Assembly: GCA_010015585.1 (NCBI GenBank)
Contig: ML975171.1
Source: Eremomyces bilateralis CBS 781.70
Lineage: Eukaryota
DNA length: 64,000 bases
Reading direction: 5' to 3' (one strand)
Below, in pieces: positions 62,497 through 64,000 of this stretch (positions within the stretch are counted from its first letter, which is position 1; each line of letters opens with the position of its first letter). Position numbers and translations under genes: made by a program. Under the pieces are notes generated by a model. It was not told the origin of the DNA, searched no databases, and worked only from the letters and a program-made list of their open reading frames with translations.

Positions 62497-63102
62497 CTAA
62501 CACGTCCATGCGGAGGCCGAGAAGTTCACCGTGTTGACGGAGGGAGCGCGAGAGGGGCGGGGATCGATCATGTGGTCTACACAGGAGGCGATCGGCTAGC
62601 TCTCGGGAAATTGGAAGAGGTGACGTCGGAGAACGTTGGAGAACGTCGTGAAGGCGGGAAGCATACGGTTCTATATACCGTTCTTGTTCGAGAGGTATAT
62701 CCGCCCACACTTGAATAAGGGCGCCGTGTTGGCCATCACCATTGCTACGGGCATGGTTCGTAGAAGCTGATGCCGGGTCGGATGGCGACTGGCGCGTTCG
62801 CTACCGGACTGACTAGCATGGTGAGGTGGTTGGCGCTGGATTTTTGCACCGGTCAGGGCGAATTCAGTGGCACTGGTGGTTGATGCGGCTTGCAGAACTT
62901 CATGGGCGAAGAAGCGAAGGTAGGGTTGAAGGCGTTTGGGCAGACGTTGCCGACGAAACGTCTGGGCGAGGTCGAGGATGTGGTGGAGGCGTATTATACT
63001 TGATGTAATCAGAAAAGGACTGGATTGATGGTTAGCACGAGCGGTCGGGGGTTGCTTGTTTGATCGAGATGTGGCAAGAGACAGAGTTGAACAACTTACC
63101 AT
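62497..63102 (-). other. Putative spliced transcript containing only short ORFs (micropeptide gene or lncRNA)
   Basis: A canonical intron at 63020-63099 (GTAAGT, GCTAAC, CAG) and a likely intron at 62577-62666 (GTATGC...TAG), but no spliced ORF longer than about 40 codons. Confidence 0.45.
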
Positions 63103-63226
63103 CTATGCCACCCGGAATATTTACTTACTTGTAATAAACGTCGTAGACACTCGGCCGACCTTACTCCTATTGCATCTTGCGGCGTAGACCATCTAGTCGA
63201 GAAAAAGAACCCGGAGACCATCCAGT

Positions 63227-64000
63227 TCATGTGAGCTCGAATACTTCCTTCATAACAGGAAATCGCTCCCTATCCATCGCCTCCCCATCCATAAGTCCAT
63301 GCACATACGCTTCCCCAACGAAACTGTGGGTACCATCCCCGTTCGGACGGATAATATACAGCAACTGACCACCAAGGAACAAACAGACCCTATCTCCAAC
63401 TTCGCATATTGCCGGGCCAAGGGACATAAATCCCTTCTTCGTATAGAACATTCTTCGGCCGTAAGTAGCGCACTGCAGAGCCGTTTGAGCGCTGTAACTC
63501 GTCGAGACCCATGACGTTGATGGGAACGCATAACCTCGTTTGTTGATCTTGAATGCACCACGATCCACATCCGCAACGACGCATCGGAGCCACGCTGAAT
63601 CAAGATCGCCTCCGCTGACGTATTTCTTGCGCTCATTTTTGGGCCGCCAAGATAACAACAGAGTATTGTTTTCTCCTGCGTCTCCTCGTTCACAGGACAC
63701 TAGCACTTTAGCAACTGTGTCGATGCAGAATCCTGTGACGCGTAGAACAGTGCCGTCAATTCGGGCCTGCTCAGCAGAATCACCACTGGCGGCATAGACT
63801 GGCTTGATTGTTCCTCTATCATTGATCGATTTGCCGAACGGATGGCCACTGTTCACTGACCAAGTCGGCACCCAGCTGGGACGATATGGTTTCCCTGACT
63901 CTTGCCGATTCTTCGGGCGGGAGGAGGTTCTCGGGCTCCAAACGAAACCAAGAAAGTCTAGCTTGGACTTGCGAGGAGACGTTGTGAACAGATATGTAGC
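63227..64000 (-). CDS. HET-6-like heterokaryon incompatibility protein, C-terminal part (5' end outside the window)
   Basis: PSWVPTW, LRVTGFCIDTV, RRMFYTKKGFMSLGP, GDRVCLFLGGQLLYIIRP and FVGEAYVHGLMDGEAM. Confidence 0.85.
   Translation of the reverse strand, partial: ATYLFTTSPRKSKLDFLGFVWSPRTSSRPKNRQESGKPYRPSWVPTWSVNSGHPFGKSINDRGTIKPVYAASGDSAEQARIDGTVLRVTGFCIDTVAKVLVSCERGDAGENNTLLLSWRPKNERKKYVSGGDLDSAWLRCVVADVDRGAFKINKRGYAFPSTSWVSTSYSAQTALQCATYGRRMFYTKKGFMSLGPAICEVGDRVCLFLGGQLLYIIRPNGDGTHSFVGEAYVHGLMDGEAMDRERFPVMKEVFELT

Overview
This is eukaryotic DNA from a filamentous ascomycete (Pezizomycotina), judged from short GT-AG introns with CTRAY branch points and from gene content. It is mostly a gene-dense housekeeping region. 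In order it holds: the 3' end of a WDR26/Gid7-like WD40 gene, a GFA/Mss4-like gene, an RRNAD1-like methyltransferase, a membrane-anchored pepsin-fold protein, a conserved hypothetical gene, VPS10, an alpha/beta-hydrolase-like gene, DNM1, HapC, prefoldin 2, an eIF4E-family gene, a Ulp2-like SUMO protease, CDC23, ERG20, MCM5, a hypothetical gene, GTP cyclohydrolase I, CTK1 and the 3' end of a HET-6-like gene. A ~7 kb accessory island (31.4-38.4 kb) stands out. It contains a stand-alone RNase III-domain gene with no dsRBD and a Mini-III-like active site. Directly after it, on the same strand, is a ~250-nt fold-back with a perfect 20-bp stem and a 23-bp miRNA/miRNA*-like duplex. Before it is a 14-nt x5 tandem array, and two decayed genes follow. 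Other notable items are a possible alternative HapC N-terminus encoded in a long intron, a pepsin-fold protein lacking both catalytic motifs, and a spliced minus-strand unit near 62.5-63.1 kb that contains only short ORFs. All gene models were built by eye and no searches or folding programs were run.
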